A stretch of DNA of 52,261 nt from an uncultured archaeon (lineage in GTDB: Archaea > Iainarchaeota > Iainarchaeia > Iainarchaeales > 1-14-0-10-31-34): contig CAYTYC010000009.1 in NCBI GenBank assembly GCA_964442255.1, positions 1 through 52,261 on the forward strand, in the 5' to 3' direction. Shown piece after piece: positions 1-8,778 of the stretch. Under the pieces are notes generated by a model. It was given only the letters and a program-made list of their open reading frames with translations. It had not been told where the DNA came from and ran no database searches. Positions within the stretch are counted from its first letter, which is position 1; every line of letters begins with the position of its first letter. The translations under genes and the position numbers were made by a program.

Positions 1-1
1 G

Positions 2-42
2 AAGAAATCCGCAGACCGCTGCCTGAAGGCAGCGGATTTCTT
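2..42. repeat. GC-rich palindrome/hairpin (REP- or IS200/IS605-end-like), at window edge
   Basis: ccgctgcc-tgaa-ggcagcgg stem; an alternative outer pairing aagaaatccgc/gcggatttctt is also possible. Confidence 0.5.
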
Positions 43-130
43 TGGGTTGTTAAAAAAAACTCACTGCGTTTAAAAGGTTTTTCACACTCTTTGAATTGAG
101 TTCAGATGGGGGAAAAAGTAGGGGAACAAA

Positions 131-1861
131 TTGCTTGAAGTGCTATTATTCTTATTAATCCTTTTTGTTCCGGGTTTTATTGTAACTAAAAGACTAGGAC
201 TGGAGTTCTGGGAAAGAACGGTGTACTCAATAGTCATCTCAGTGGGAATAAGTGCATTCATCTTCTACACTATTTCCTTTTTCACCAAGGTAACGCCCGA
301 ATTAGCATGGGCCTACTTTGGCATCCTTTTTGTTCTCCTGATTAAATTAAGGAAAGACTTCTATGGATACCTCAAATTGGTAAACAAGAAAAGCATGCAA
401 AATAAATCCCCTTACTTTTGGCTTGTTTTAGTGCCCTTCCTCTTAGTTATTTTTGCGGGAGCCTATGCGATTTCATATCTTCCCGCAATTTACCACGATG
501 ACTATGTTTTTCACGTGCCCGCAATAAACGAATTTGCGGAAAACGGGCAAAAAACGCTCTACAACAACCCAAAAAACCTCTACGAATTCACCTCAAACCA
601 AGCCCCCCTGCTGTTCCACTCATTTGCAGGAACGCTTAAAATGTTTTTTGTGATTCCCTTTTGGGAATTGTTAAGCCCCTTATCGTTAATACTCGCGGGG
701 ATCTCCCTTTACTTTATAACAAAAAGCGTAAAACAAAAAACACTCTTACCAACGCTTTTTTGGATGCTTAGCGGGCTTGTGTTTGCAGCAAGCCTAAGCG
801 CAAACGTGGACATTTTTCTTTGTTTTGCTTTTTTTTCCTCAATTCTTTTTCTTTTTAAACACATTGAAGAATCACAAAGGGGATACCTTTATCTGGCGGG
901 GTTTTTCGCCGGATTAACCATTCTCACAAAAATTACGGGAATAATCCTAGTCTCTGGCTTAATAATCTTCTTGTTATTCGAAAAAAAATACCGAAAAAGT
1001 GTTTTATTTCTGCTCACAACAGCCTTAACTACTGTTGTATTCTTTGCGCAAAAATTTTATATGGGTTTCAGCCTGTCCTACCTAAAAACATACGCTGAAC
1101 TTCCCGCCCAAGGCTTTCTTCAAAATGCGGCGATAAACTTTAGCACAGTATTCAACTACTTGGTTATCCTGTTTTCCACCTCAAATTACTTCTTTTTGAT
1201 TGTCCTTGGCTTTGTGCCGCTTGCTCTCCTGCTAAAAAAAAGGGGTCCAACAAGAATTTCCACTTTGGGTACGATCTCATTCTGGGTTTTCGTTATAGCC
1301 ACAAGCATTGTCGCGGCTCAACCAAGGCTTGCAGGATTTCCAAGATACTTTGCCCCTGTTTTGGGTTTGATTGCCCTTAGCGCAGGAATAAATTTGGAAC
1401 TGGTTTTAGAAAAAATCCGCAGCGTAAGAAAGCACTTTCTCACTGCAAGCATTATTTTTGTGCTATTGCTTACCCTTTTCGACCTAACAACCTACACAAA
1501 AGACGCCTTTTTCATGCCTGCTGAAATTGACAAAGAAGGCTTCTATGGGACACTCACAAGCACAGTTCCAAACGACCCTTCAAGTGTAGTGTATGTTGCA
1601 AACAGCGGACCAATAATCTTGGGTCTAGAGAAAGTAACCTACTACGACTTAACTAGCTCGATGGAATACTATACCCCAGCATGCGATTTTCTGAAAGATA
1701 ATGAAATCAAATGGGTCATATACTCGCGCCCAGACAAAATACCTGTGCACTTGCCCCCTGAATTCGGGCAAGACTTTCAGAAATCACTGGACACAAACAA
1801 ATGCAGCAAGTTTCTTGGTGGAAGCAGAACATGGGTAGGGTTATTTGAAATAACAGAGTAA
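131..1861 (+). CDS. Multi-pass membrane protein, likely GT-C fold glycosyltransferase (PMT_2/ArnT/GT39-like)
   Basis: 576 aa with many hydrophobic segments, a DD motif in the first loop (YHDDYVFH), GLTILTK and PRYFAP motifs; TTG start. Confidence 0.7.
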   Translation: MLEVLLFLLILFVPGFIVTKRLGLEFWERTVYSIVISVGISAFIFYTISFFTKVTPELAWAYFGILFVLLIKLRKDFYGYLKLVNKKSMQNKSPYFWLVLVPFLLVIFAGAYAISYLPAIYHDDYVFHVPAINEFAENGQKTLYNNPKNLYEFTSNQAPLLFHSFAGTLKMFFVIPFWELLSPLSLILAGISLYFITKSVKQKTLLPTLFWMLSGLVFAASLSANVDIFLCFAFFSSILFLFKHIEESQRGYLYLAGFFAGLTILTKITGIILVSGLIIFLLFEKKYRKSVLFLLTTALTTVVFFAQKFYMGFSLSYLKTYAELPAQGFLQNAAINFSTVFNYLVILFSTSNYFFLIVLGFVPLALLLKKRGPTRISTLGTISFWVFVIATSIVAAQPRLAGFPRYFAPVLGLIALSAGINLELVLEKIRSVRKHFLTASIIFVLLLTLFDLTTYTKDAFFMPAEIDKEGFYGTLTSTVPNDPSSVVYVANSGPIILGLEKVTYYDLTSSMEYYTPACDFLKDNEIKWVIYSRPDKIPVHLPPEFGQDFQKSLDTNKCSKFLGGSRTWVGLFEITE

Positions 1862-1867
1862 GATAAA

Positions 1868-2233
1868 ATGGTAAAAATAAAAAAAGAAACAGTTGAATCA
1901 ATCCTTTCCGCAGCGAAAAGCACTTACCCGAACGAATTCCTTGCTCTATTAGGAGTGGATGAAGAAGGCGTTATTTCAGAGCTGGTGGTTTTGCCCGCGG
2001 TTTACGGAAAAAGGCACTCCTTTTTGTACAATTACTCGATTCCGTTTGATTCATCCATTGCCGGCTCCATCCACTCGCACCCTTCCCCAAACTTTCGCCC
2101 GTCAAAAGCGGACTTAAGGCTTTTCAGCAGAATGGGAAAAGTGCACTTCATTGCCGCCTACCCCTTCACACCAGAAAGCCTGAAATGCTACAATTCGGAA
2201 GGAAAAGAAATAGAATTTGAAGTGGTGGAATAG
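1868..2233 (+). CDS. JAB/MPN+ (Mov34/JAMM) metalloprotease
   Basis: YPNE...GSIHSHP...PSKAD JAMM motif. Confidence 0.9.
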   Translation: MVKIKKETVESILSAAKSTYPNEFLALLGVDEEGVISELVVLPAVYGKRHSFLYNYSIPFDSSIAGSIHSHPSPNFRPSKADLRLFSRMGKVHFIAAYPFTPESLKCYNSEGKEIEFEVVE

Positions 2234-2234
2234 G

Positions 2235-2996
2235 CTACTTCTTTAAGCGCTTTTTGTATTCTTCATCCAATTTAATAGACTTGCTCAAAGATTCAAACCC
2301 CCTAAAAAAATCCGCGGTAATCTTGGCGTCCTTTGGAAGGCACTTTCCATTGATTCCATCCCTGGCTTCCTTTAAGTCAATGTTCCATTTCGTGTTCACG
2401 GCTTCCCTCAGCTTTTCAAAATCAATTCCCTTCTTTTCACATTCAAGTTTCAGGTCCTCTGCAACAGCAATCTCAATAAAGCGCAAAGCGTTTTCCAAAG
2501 GCTTGCACAATTCCGCGGTTTCAATGGAAGTGAAATGAATTTTATCCGTGAAAAGGGAAATGAATTCTTTGAACCTCGCTTCGGATTCCTGGTTTAAGGC
2601 GCCTGCAACCCTCCACAAGTTAAAGACATGGTGTTCGCTGTCCCCGGGATTAAAGCGGTGCGGAAACAAAACCAAAGAAAAAGGCTTTCCGGAAAAAATC
2701 TCTTCAATTTTTTTGACGGTGCCCGGAAAAACGGTTGCCTCAATTACAAGGAGAGGGTTTTCCGCAAGCAAAGAAATTTCCTTTACAACATCCAAAACCT
2801 GTTGGGTTGAGTAAACGCAGACAAAATACACTTCAGCCTTCTGGAGAGAAGTTGAGCATCCTTCGGCTGACGCCCTTTCCCTGTCCTTGTCTGAGCCAAA
2901 AACCTCCAGTTCAGGGGATTTTTTCAGGGAACGGAAAACCTCTCCCCCAATCTCCCCCAAGCCCACAACGCAAACCCCTGAATCCATTTCAACCAT
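2235..2996 (-). CDS. UDP-glucose/GDP-mannose dehydrogenase family protein, short form
   Basis: VVGLGEIG Rossmann motif, IEATVFPGT, AELCKPLEN, GKCLPKD; start moved to the ATG at 2996. Confidence 0.8.
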   Translation of the reverse strand: MVEMDSGVCVVGLGEIGGEVFRSLKKSPELEVFGSDKDRERASAEGCSTSLQKAEVYFVCVYSTQQVLDVVKEISLLAENPLLVIEATVFPGTVKKIEEIFSGKPFSLVLFPHRFNPGDSEHHVFNLWRVAGALNQESEARFKEFISLFTDKIHFTSIETAELCKPLENALRFIEIAVAEDLKLECEKKGIDFEKLREAVNTKWNIDLKEARDGINGKCLPKDAKITADFFRGFESLSKSIKLDEEYKKRLKK

Positions 2997-3059
2997 CTTC
3001 CGCAAAAAAAAATGTAAACAGCAAAACTTTAAATAAGAAAGCCGCTAAAAATTGAGTGC

Positions 3060-4325
3060 ATGCTTGAAGAAGGCCTGATAGTAAACAAAAACACGGAAAC
3101 AAAGGCAATACTGCTTGTATTGGACGGCGCGGGAGACAGGCAATGCGAAAAATGGCCAAAAACGCCTCTTCAGAAAGCCCGCACACCTAATTTGGATAAG
3201 CTCGCGGGAAAAGGCATGACCGGATTGCTTGATCCATTAAGCCCGGGGGTAAGGCCGGGAAGCGGAAACGCGCACCTCGCGCTCTTCGGCTATCCGCCTG
3301 AACGGTTCTACAAGGGCAGGGGGGTTTTAAGCGCGTTTGGGGCGGGAATAAAACTGGAGAAAGGGGAAGTGGCATTCAGGGTGAATTTCGCGACACTCAA
3401 AAACGGAAAGATTGCAGACAGGAGAGCAGGAAGGCTGAATGAAATGGAAGGAAAAAAATTATGCAAGGCACTGGAAAAAGTGGAAGTGAAAAAAGCAAAG
3501 GCAAGGTTTGGATACGTGAAAGAATACAGGGGAGTGCTCCTGCTTAAAGGGGAAAGGCTGGGTGAAAAGGTTGAGGACACAGACCCAAAAGAAGAAAACT
3601 CCGCGCCGTTAAAGGCTAAAGGAAAGGATTCAGCCTCAAAAAAAACCGCTGCGCTTGCAAATGAGTTCATTTCAAAGGCACAAAAGGTTTTAGAAGAACA
3701 TCCCCTTAATGCGGAAAGGAAAAAGAAAGGAAAGCCGGAGGCAAACTTTATTCTCCTGCGCGGGGCAAGCTCTTTTTCCTCAGCGCCAAGCTTTGAGGAA
3801 AGATACGGATTAAGGGCTGTATGCCTTGCGGATTATCCTCTTTACAACGGGGTTGCAAGGTTTGTGGGAATGGAGCTGGCAGAATACAATAAAAAGCCGT
3901 ACAATTACCCTGATTTAAAGGTGTTTGAAGAAAATTTGAAAAGCAAGTTCAAAAAAGCCGTTGAACTGCTGAAAGAAAAAGACTTTGTGTTCGTGCACGT
4001 AAAGGAAACAGATGAAGCGGGGGAAGACGGGGACTACAAATTAAAGGCAAAGTTTTTTGAGGCAATCGACCGCTGCATTCCGGTTCTTGCGAAAGGAAAC
4101 CATTTTCTGGTTGTGACCGCAGACCATTCAACTCCGTGCTGCGTGAAAGGCCACAGCGGAGACCCAGTTCCAATACTGATTTCAGGGCCAGAGGTAAGGG
4201 CAAACGGAACAAAAGGATTCAATGAAATTTCTGTTTCAAAAGGCACAATGGGAAGGATTTACTCCATTGACTTGATGACAGTGCTGCTGGATTTAATGAA
4301 CAGGCTGAAGAGATTTGGGGCCTAA
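3060..4325 (+). CDS. apgM: 2,3-bisphosphoglycerate-independent phosphoglycerate mutase, archaeal type
   Basis: LDGAGD, TPLQKARTPNLD, PGSGNAH, HVKETDEAG, TADHSTP, HSGDPVP; exact start uncertain. Confidence 0.93.
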   Translation: MLEEGLIVNKNTETKAILLVLDGAGDRQCEKWPKTPLQKARTPNLDKLAGKGMTGLLDPLSPGVRPGSGNAHLALFGYPPERFYKGRGVLSAFGAGIKLEKGEVAFRVNFATLKNGKIADRRAGRLNEMEGKKLCKALEKVEVKKAKARFGYVKEYRGVLLLKGERLGEKVEDTDPKEENSAPLKAKGKDSASKKTAALANEFISKAQKVLEEHPLNAERKKKGKPEANFILLRGASSFSSAPSFEERYGLRAVCLADYPLYNGVARFVGMELAEYNKKPYNYPDLKVFEENLKSKFKKAVELLKEKDFVFVHVKETDEAGEDGDYKLKAKFFEAIDRCIPVLAKGNHFLVVTADHSTPCCVKGHSGDPVPILISGPEVRANGTKGFNEISVSKGTMGRIYSIDLMTVLLDLMNRLKRFGA

Positions 4326-4978
4326 TCCTTTTTGGCGCAAACGAATACTTCCTGGTGAGCAAAACCCCAATCCGTATTGACCGGAAGTTTTATCCTGAAC
4401 GCCCTCAAAAAAGAGCCTTTCAGAGTCAAAGAGTCAAATCCGCCTGAAAAAACAATTTCCGCGCCAGCCGAGGAAACCTCTTTTTTTAAGTCTTTGAGTG
4501 AATAGCTTTTCTCGAACCCCGCATGCCAATTCCTGCCTTTCAGTTTCTTGTACAGGTGCCATAAGTTAAATCTCCCCGGAACCAAAACCAAAAGCAGCCC
4601 TCCCTTATCCAAAACGCGAACCATTTCCTTCAAGGCGGTTTCTGAGGATTCAAAGTGTTCAATCACGCCTGCATTAAAAACCAAATCAAAGGAACCGTCC
4701 TTAAAAGGCATTCTTTGAATATCGCCGACAAGCGAAGAAGGGACTTCTTTTTTAACAACGCCAATCGCTTTTTTGCTTATGTCCAAAGCAAAGCAACTAT
4801 TTTCCCGGGTAAGCCGTCTGACATTAAACCCAAAGCCGCAGCCGGCCTCAAGAATCCGCGGGCTTGGCTTCCTCAAAAGAGACAGCGCTTTCTTTATTTC
4901 GCCTTCCCTCCTCAGAACATAGAATTTTTTGGCTTCCGTAACCCGGTATTTTCCCCAATACTTCTCCCAGTCAGCCAT
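4322..4978 (-). CDS. Class I SAM-dependent methyltransferase
   Basis: ILEAGCGFG, GDIQRMPFKDGSFDLV, VIEH. Confidence 0.9.
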   Translation of the reverse strand: MADWEKYWGKYRVTEAKKFYVLRREGEIKKALSLLRKPSPRILEAGCGFGFNVRRLTRENSCFALDISKKAIGVVKKEVPSSLVGDIQRMPFKDGSFDLVFNAGVIEHFESSETALKEMVRVLDKGGLLLVLVPGRFNLWHLYKKLKGRNWHAGFEKSYSLKDLKKEVSSAGAEIVFSGGFDSLTLKGSFLRAFRIKLPVNTDWGFAHQEVFVCAKKD

Positions 4979-5031
4979 ACAATAAAGGGGAATCCAAAAT
5001 TTTAAATAAAGGAAAGCCCTATTGAATTACA

Positions 5032-5520
5032 ATGAATTCAAAGGCAATGCTGAGCATTGACGTCATGCTGACAATCCTGGCTGTGCTGCTGTTTGTCACA
5101 ATGTTTCAGCCGGTTTACGACAACTTCATTGACACCAACAACGAAATCTCTGCACGCGCGCAGGTGAAAAACATTGCATTGGACACGATGAGCCGGATAA
5201 ATCTGATGGGCTCGCATTATTACCTGGATGCGGCAGATCCCCCTAACCCAATAAGCCAGGGGGCAATTGAATTCTATGTTCCCTTCATTTTCCTTTCGGA
5301 TAAGCCCGCGGGGCAGGACTGCAGCATAAGCATCAGAGGGGATTCAGTAAACGACACAGTGACTGTGAGCGTTTCACACGATTTGGAGAAAAAAGACGGC
5401 TCAACTTTTCAGGTAACCGAAGGATACACTTTTTCAAGCCCCTTTGCGGGCGATTTTCAAAACTCCCCAATAGCGCAGGGATGCGGGGAAAAAATTGAGT
5501 TAACGTTTGGTGGTCCGTGA
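5032..5520 (+). CDS. Type IV pilin-like protein (class III signal peptide)
   Basis: MNSKA|MLSID followed by a hydrophobic helix. Confidence 0.7.
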   Translation: MNSKAMLSIDVMLTILAVLLFVTMFQPVYDNFIDTNNEISARAQVKNIALDTMSRINLMGSHYYLDAADPPNPISQGAIEFYVPFIFLSDKPAGQDCSISIRGDSVNDTVTVSVSHDLEKKDGSTFQVTEGYTFSSPFAGDFQNSPIAQGCGEKIELTFGGP

Positions 5521-6110
5521 TGAGGAAAGGGCAGATTTTTTCACTGGATTTTTTGGTTTCAATGATTCTGGTTGTATTGGCGTTCGGGATTTTAATGCAG
5601 TTCTTTGAAGTGCACGCTTACGCGCTGAAAGAAGAGCAGAACAGGACGGAATTAAAGAAAATCGGGGAAACCGCCGCAGACCTTTTGGTGAGCAGCCCGG
5701 CAATTGTATGCGAAATTGTCGACAACCAAACCGACCCAACAAACCCTGTTGAAGTGGGTTACCTCAACAACTGCCTTACACGGGGAACAGGAACACTACA
5801 AGGCTACTCATGGGACAACAGGCCGGCAGATGACGAAAAAGTTGCGTACAAAAAATTTCTTGGGCTGCCGCAGACAGGTTACGAATGCGCAATTGACGTG
5901 AATCCAGCACTTACCATTGAAACCGACTGCGGGGACATCACGACCGTTCCAAACGACAAAAGCTATTACAGTGCAAAAAGAAAGGTCGTGGTATACAACG
6001 CAAATTACAAGGTTCCAAAAAGCGAACTGGAAGACTGCATGCACGGAAGGGCCTGCAACCTGATTGAGGCAGAGGCAACGCTTTACGTGTGGAAGGAGGC
6101 AGGACCGTGA
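5517..6110 (+). CDS. Type IV pilin-like protein
   Basis: RKG|QIFSLDFL prepilin motif, hydrophobic helix, Cys-containing C-terminal part. Confidence 0.8.
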   Translation: MMRKGQIFSLDFLVSMILVVLAFGILMQFFEVHAYALKEEQNRTELKKIGETAADLLVSSPAIVCEIVDNQTDPTNPVEVGYLNNCLTRGTGTLQGYSWDNRPADDEKVAYKKFLGLPQTGYECAIDVNPALTIETDCGDITTVPNDKSYYSAKRKVVVYNANYKVPKSELEDCMHGRACNLIEAEATLYVWKEAGP

Positions 6111-6475
6111 AAAAAGGGTTTGTTTTAACAATTGACTCGGTGATGGCGGTTTCCCTTATTGTGGGAGCGTTAAGCTTTATGCTGTTTTATTATTCTGCAA
6201 TTGAGTTAAGCACGCAAAACATTGAATCAATCAAAAGCGAAACAATGGACAGGTCAATGGCATGGTTTTATGTTCCGGAAAAAGATTCACTGGAAGGCTA
6301 TCACGTTGACTGGAGGGTAACCGGGCAGTTCACCGGCGGAAAAAAATTCTATTACTGCGACTTCAACGTAAACTATGACCCCGAATTAGGGGGATTAAGC
6401 AAGCAGGCAGCACAGCAATACATTGACTGGAGCACTGACAAATTCCAGACAAGAATATGCAAGGGGGTTGAATGA
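6107..6475 (+). CDS. Type IV pilin-like protein
   Basis: KKG|FVLTID motif; GTG start at 6107 overlaps the upstream stop (GTGA). Confidence 0.75.
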   Translation: MKKGFVLTIDSVMAVSLIVGALSFMLFYYSAIELSTQNIESIKSETMDRSMAWFYVPEKDSLEGYHVDWRVTGQFTGGKKFYYCDFNVNYDPELGGLSKQAAQQYIDWSTDKFQTRICKGVE

Positions 6476-7443
6476 AGCAGAAAGGGGTTTACGCCGCAAC
6501 GCTCGGGTTCCTTGCGCTGGTATTGATAATGGCTTCATACAACTTCATCCAGTCACAGCAGTTCACGGAAAAAACGGAAACCCACACCGAAAAATTCTAC
6601 GAGCTAAGCAACTTCCACCAAAAAATGCGTTACGTGCTGGACAAAACAGCCGCGGACGCGGCAAGCGACTACGCAATAGAAAAAGTGGACGGAAGCTGCA
6701 GCAGTTTAACCCATGTGCACGCAGACCTTGAAAACAAGATAACAGATTACTTTTCATTAAGCGAAGGGCTGCTTGAGGGAATGAAGGGAAACGACCTGGA
6801 CTGCACAATAAAAAAGAACACAATTACTGCCCCCAATGCCACCCCCCTCAAAATTGATATTGAATTTGACTTGAACTGCTCTTTTGTTCAGGAGGTTTCA
6901 GCGCTTGAAAGGCAGACAACCTGGTTTTCAGACAAAATCCAGTTCAGGAAGGAAGTAAGCTGGGCTGACACTGGCGGAGGGGACTGCCAGATAACAGTTA
7001 CAGACAAGCAGTCAAATAAAATTGAAGTGCAGCTTTCCGTTGCAACCGCCGCACCCCCTGCCCCGACAAATGTGGAGGTTTCAAGGGCGGACACGGAAAT
7101 CGGGGAATTAAAGGTTCTGTGGACTTTTGTGGGAGAAGCGGCATACTATGAAATTGTTAGAACAACCTCAAACGTTGACCCAAACAACCCCGCACTAAAT
7201 CCAACCTATACCCCGGTTTCAGGCATTTCCGCCGGCGGGGGATGGCTGTATTACATGGACTCAGGGTTAACTCCGGGGATAAGATACTATTACAGCGTAA
7301 GGGCCTGCTCGGCTGGGGGAAGCTGCAGCAACTGGTTTTCGCCAATGCAATCAAGGGTTCCCTGTAAAAGGGGAGGCTGCCCCGGGGCAGACATCTGCAA
7401 AAACAGGAGAGGGCAGTGCCCGATTATTCCAATGCCAGGCTAA
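6472..7443 (+). CDS. Pilin-like protein with C-terminal fibronectin type III domain
   Basis: QKG|VY plus hydrophobic helix; PPAPTNV...W...YEI.R...Y.DSGLTPG..YYYSVRA FN3 pattern; Cys-rich tail. Confidence 0.75.
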   Translation: MKQKGVYAATLGFLALVLIMASYNFIQSQQFTEKTETHTEKFYELSNFHQKMRYVLDKTAADAASDYAIEKVDGSCSSLTHVHADLENKITDYFSLSEGLLEGMKGNDLDCTIKKNTITAPNATPLKIDIEFDLNCSFVQEVSALERQTTWFSDKIQFRKEVSWADTGGGDCQITVTDKQSNKIEVQLSVATAAPPAPTNVEVSRADTEIGELKVLWTFVGEAAYYEIVRTTSNVDPNNPALNPTYTPVSGISAGGGWLYYMDSGLTPGIRYYYSVRACSAGGSCSNWFSPMQSRVPCKRGGCPGADICKNRRGQCPIIPMPG

Positions 7444-8774
7444 GCCAAAAGCCTTGAGACTTCTTTTGAAAGGCCTGAACCATATTGAATGGCTTTCTTT
7501 TTCCGGAACGCGATTTGCTTTGGGACGCCAAGCGAAAGCGCCATGCCGCGGAGCGGGCGCTTCCTTAATTCATCGGAAGGGGAAAGGATTTTTTCATTCA
7601 CAGGAAAACGCATTGCGTTCCTCAAAAACTCTGAATCAAGGAAAGGTGCTTTAAGCGAAATTCCAAAATGCGAGGAAATTTTGTCCCCGCGGAACAAATT
7701 CCTGCACCACATGTTTGCAAGGCAGTTCCAGCTTTCCTGTTCCACGGCCTTTTCCCCGCGGGATCGGAGTGTTGACCTGAAAGAAGAGTAGCCGCAAAAA
7801 ACTTCATCCGAGCCCTGGCCGGTGAAAACATTTTCAAAGCCAAGTTCAGCGGCTTTTTTGCACAGCAAAAATTCCGGCACACCAATCTGGAGCTGCATTT
7901 CATCAAAGAAGCCGAGAGCCTTCATTGTTTCAAGGACAGTGTTTTTCAGGTTTTTTAAGTCGGGCTCAACCTCAATTAAATCCAGTCCAAGTTCTTTGGC
8001 TGCATCCCTTGAATTTTGCAGGTCATGCGAGTCCGGCAATCCGATTGAAAAAAGCCTGGCTTCCTTCACATGGTTTTGCAGCTCCAACGCAACAGTGGTT
8101 GAATCAACTCCCCCCGAAAAAAACACTCCCGCTTTTTTCAGCCCCATGGAGCGCTTTTTCACCGCATCCTTAAAGCTTTGGGTTAAAAGCGCGGGAGAAG
8201 TTTTACGCGGAAGGGTTTTTTTGAAGTCATCCCAGGAAGCGATTTTTTGGGTTTTAAATCCGTCTGAAGTAAGCAAAAGTTTGTGTGCAGGGGGAAGCAT
8301 GGAGGGAAACTGGATGTTCAAAATTGAAAGCGGGGCGTATTCTGAGGAAAACGCGTGAAAAGAAGAATTGGAGCCAAACCACAAAGGCTTTGAGCCAAGC
8401 AAATCGCGGAGCACGGAAAAAGAGTTCTGCTTTCTCTGCATTAAAGTGAATTCGCCGTCCGAGGAAAGAAGAAAATTTTTGAGCTGCGGGGGAGTTGCGT
8501 TGAACAGGTCTGTTGAAGGGGGAAGTGAAAAGAATTCCCCGTCCAAGAAAAAGCTTTTCACAGGAACATCCCCTTTGGAGGAAAAAGCCATTCCAACAGT
8601 CCCTTCAACAGTTTTTTGGGCAAGCTTTTTCAATGAAGAAGAAACAAGGGTTTCACCCCCAACCGAAACCAGAAAAGATGAGTTCCCGCGGTGCTTCAAA
8701 AAATTTAGGGACTCCAAAAGCATTGGAAAAACGTTTTCGTTTTGCAGGGAACGGATTGCGGTAAGGGAAGCCAT
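7440..8774 (-). CDS. Asparagine synthetase B-like protein
   Basis: KHRG, RDLLGSKPLW, FSGGVDS, TGQGSDEVFCGY, PFLD, RKKKAIQYGSG. Confidence 0.88.
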   Translation of the reverse strand: MASLTAIRSLQNENVFPMLLESLNFLKHRGNSSFLVSVGGETLVSSSLKKLAQKTVEGTVGMAFSSKGDVPVKSFFLDGEFFSLPPSTDLFNATPPQLKNFLLSSDGEFTLMQRKQNSFSVLRDLLGSKPLWFGSNSSFHAFSSEYAPLSILNIQFPSMLPPAHKLLLTSDGFKTQKIASWDDFKKTLPRKTSPALLTQSFKDAVKKRSMGLKKAGVFFSGGVDSTTVALELQNHVKEARLFSIGLPDSHDLQNSRDAAKELGLDLIEVEPDLKNLKNTVLETMKALGFFDEMQLQIGVPEFLLCKKAAELGFENVFTGQGSDEVFCGYSSFRSTLRSRGEKAVEQESWNCLANMWCRNLFRGDKISSHFGISLKAPFLDSEFLRNAMRFPVNEKILSPSDELRKRPLRGMALSLGVPKQIAFRKKKAIQYGSGLSKEVSRLLA

Positions 8775-8778
8775 AAAT

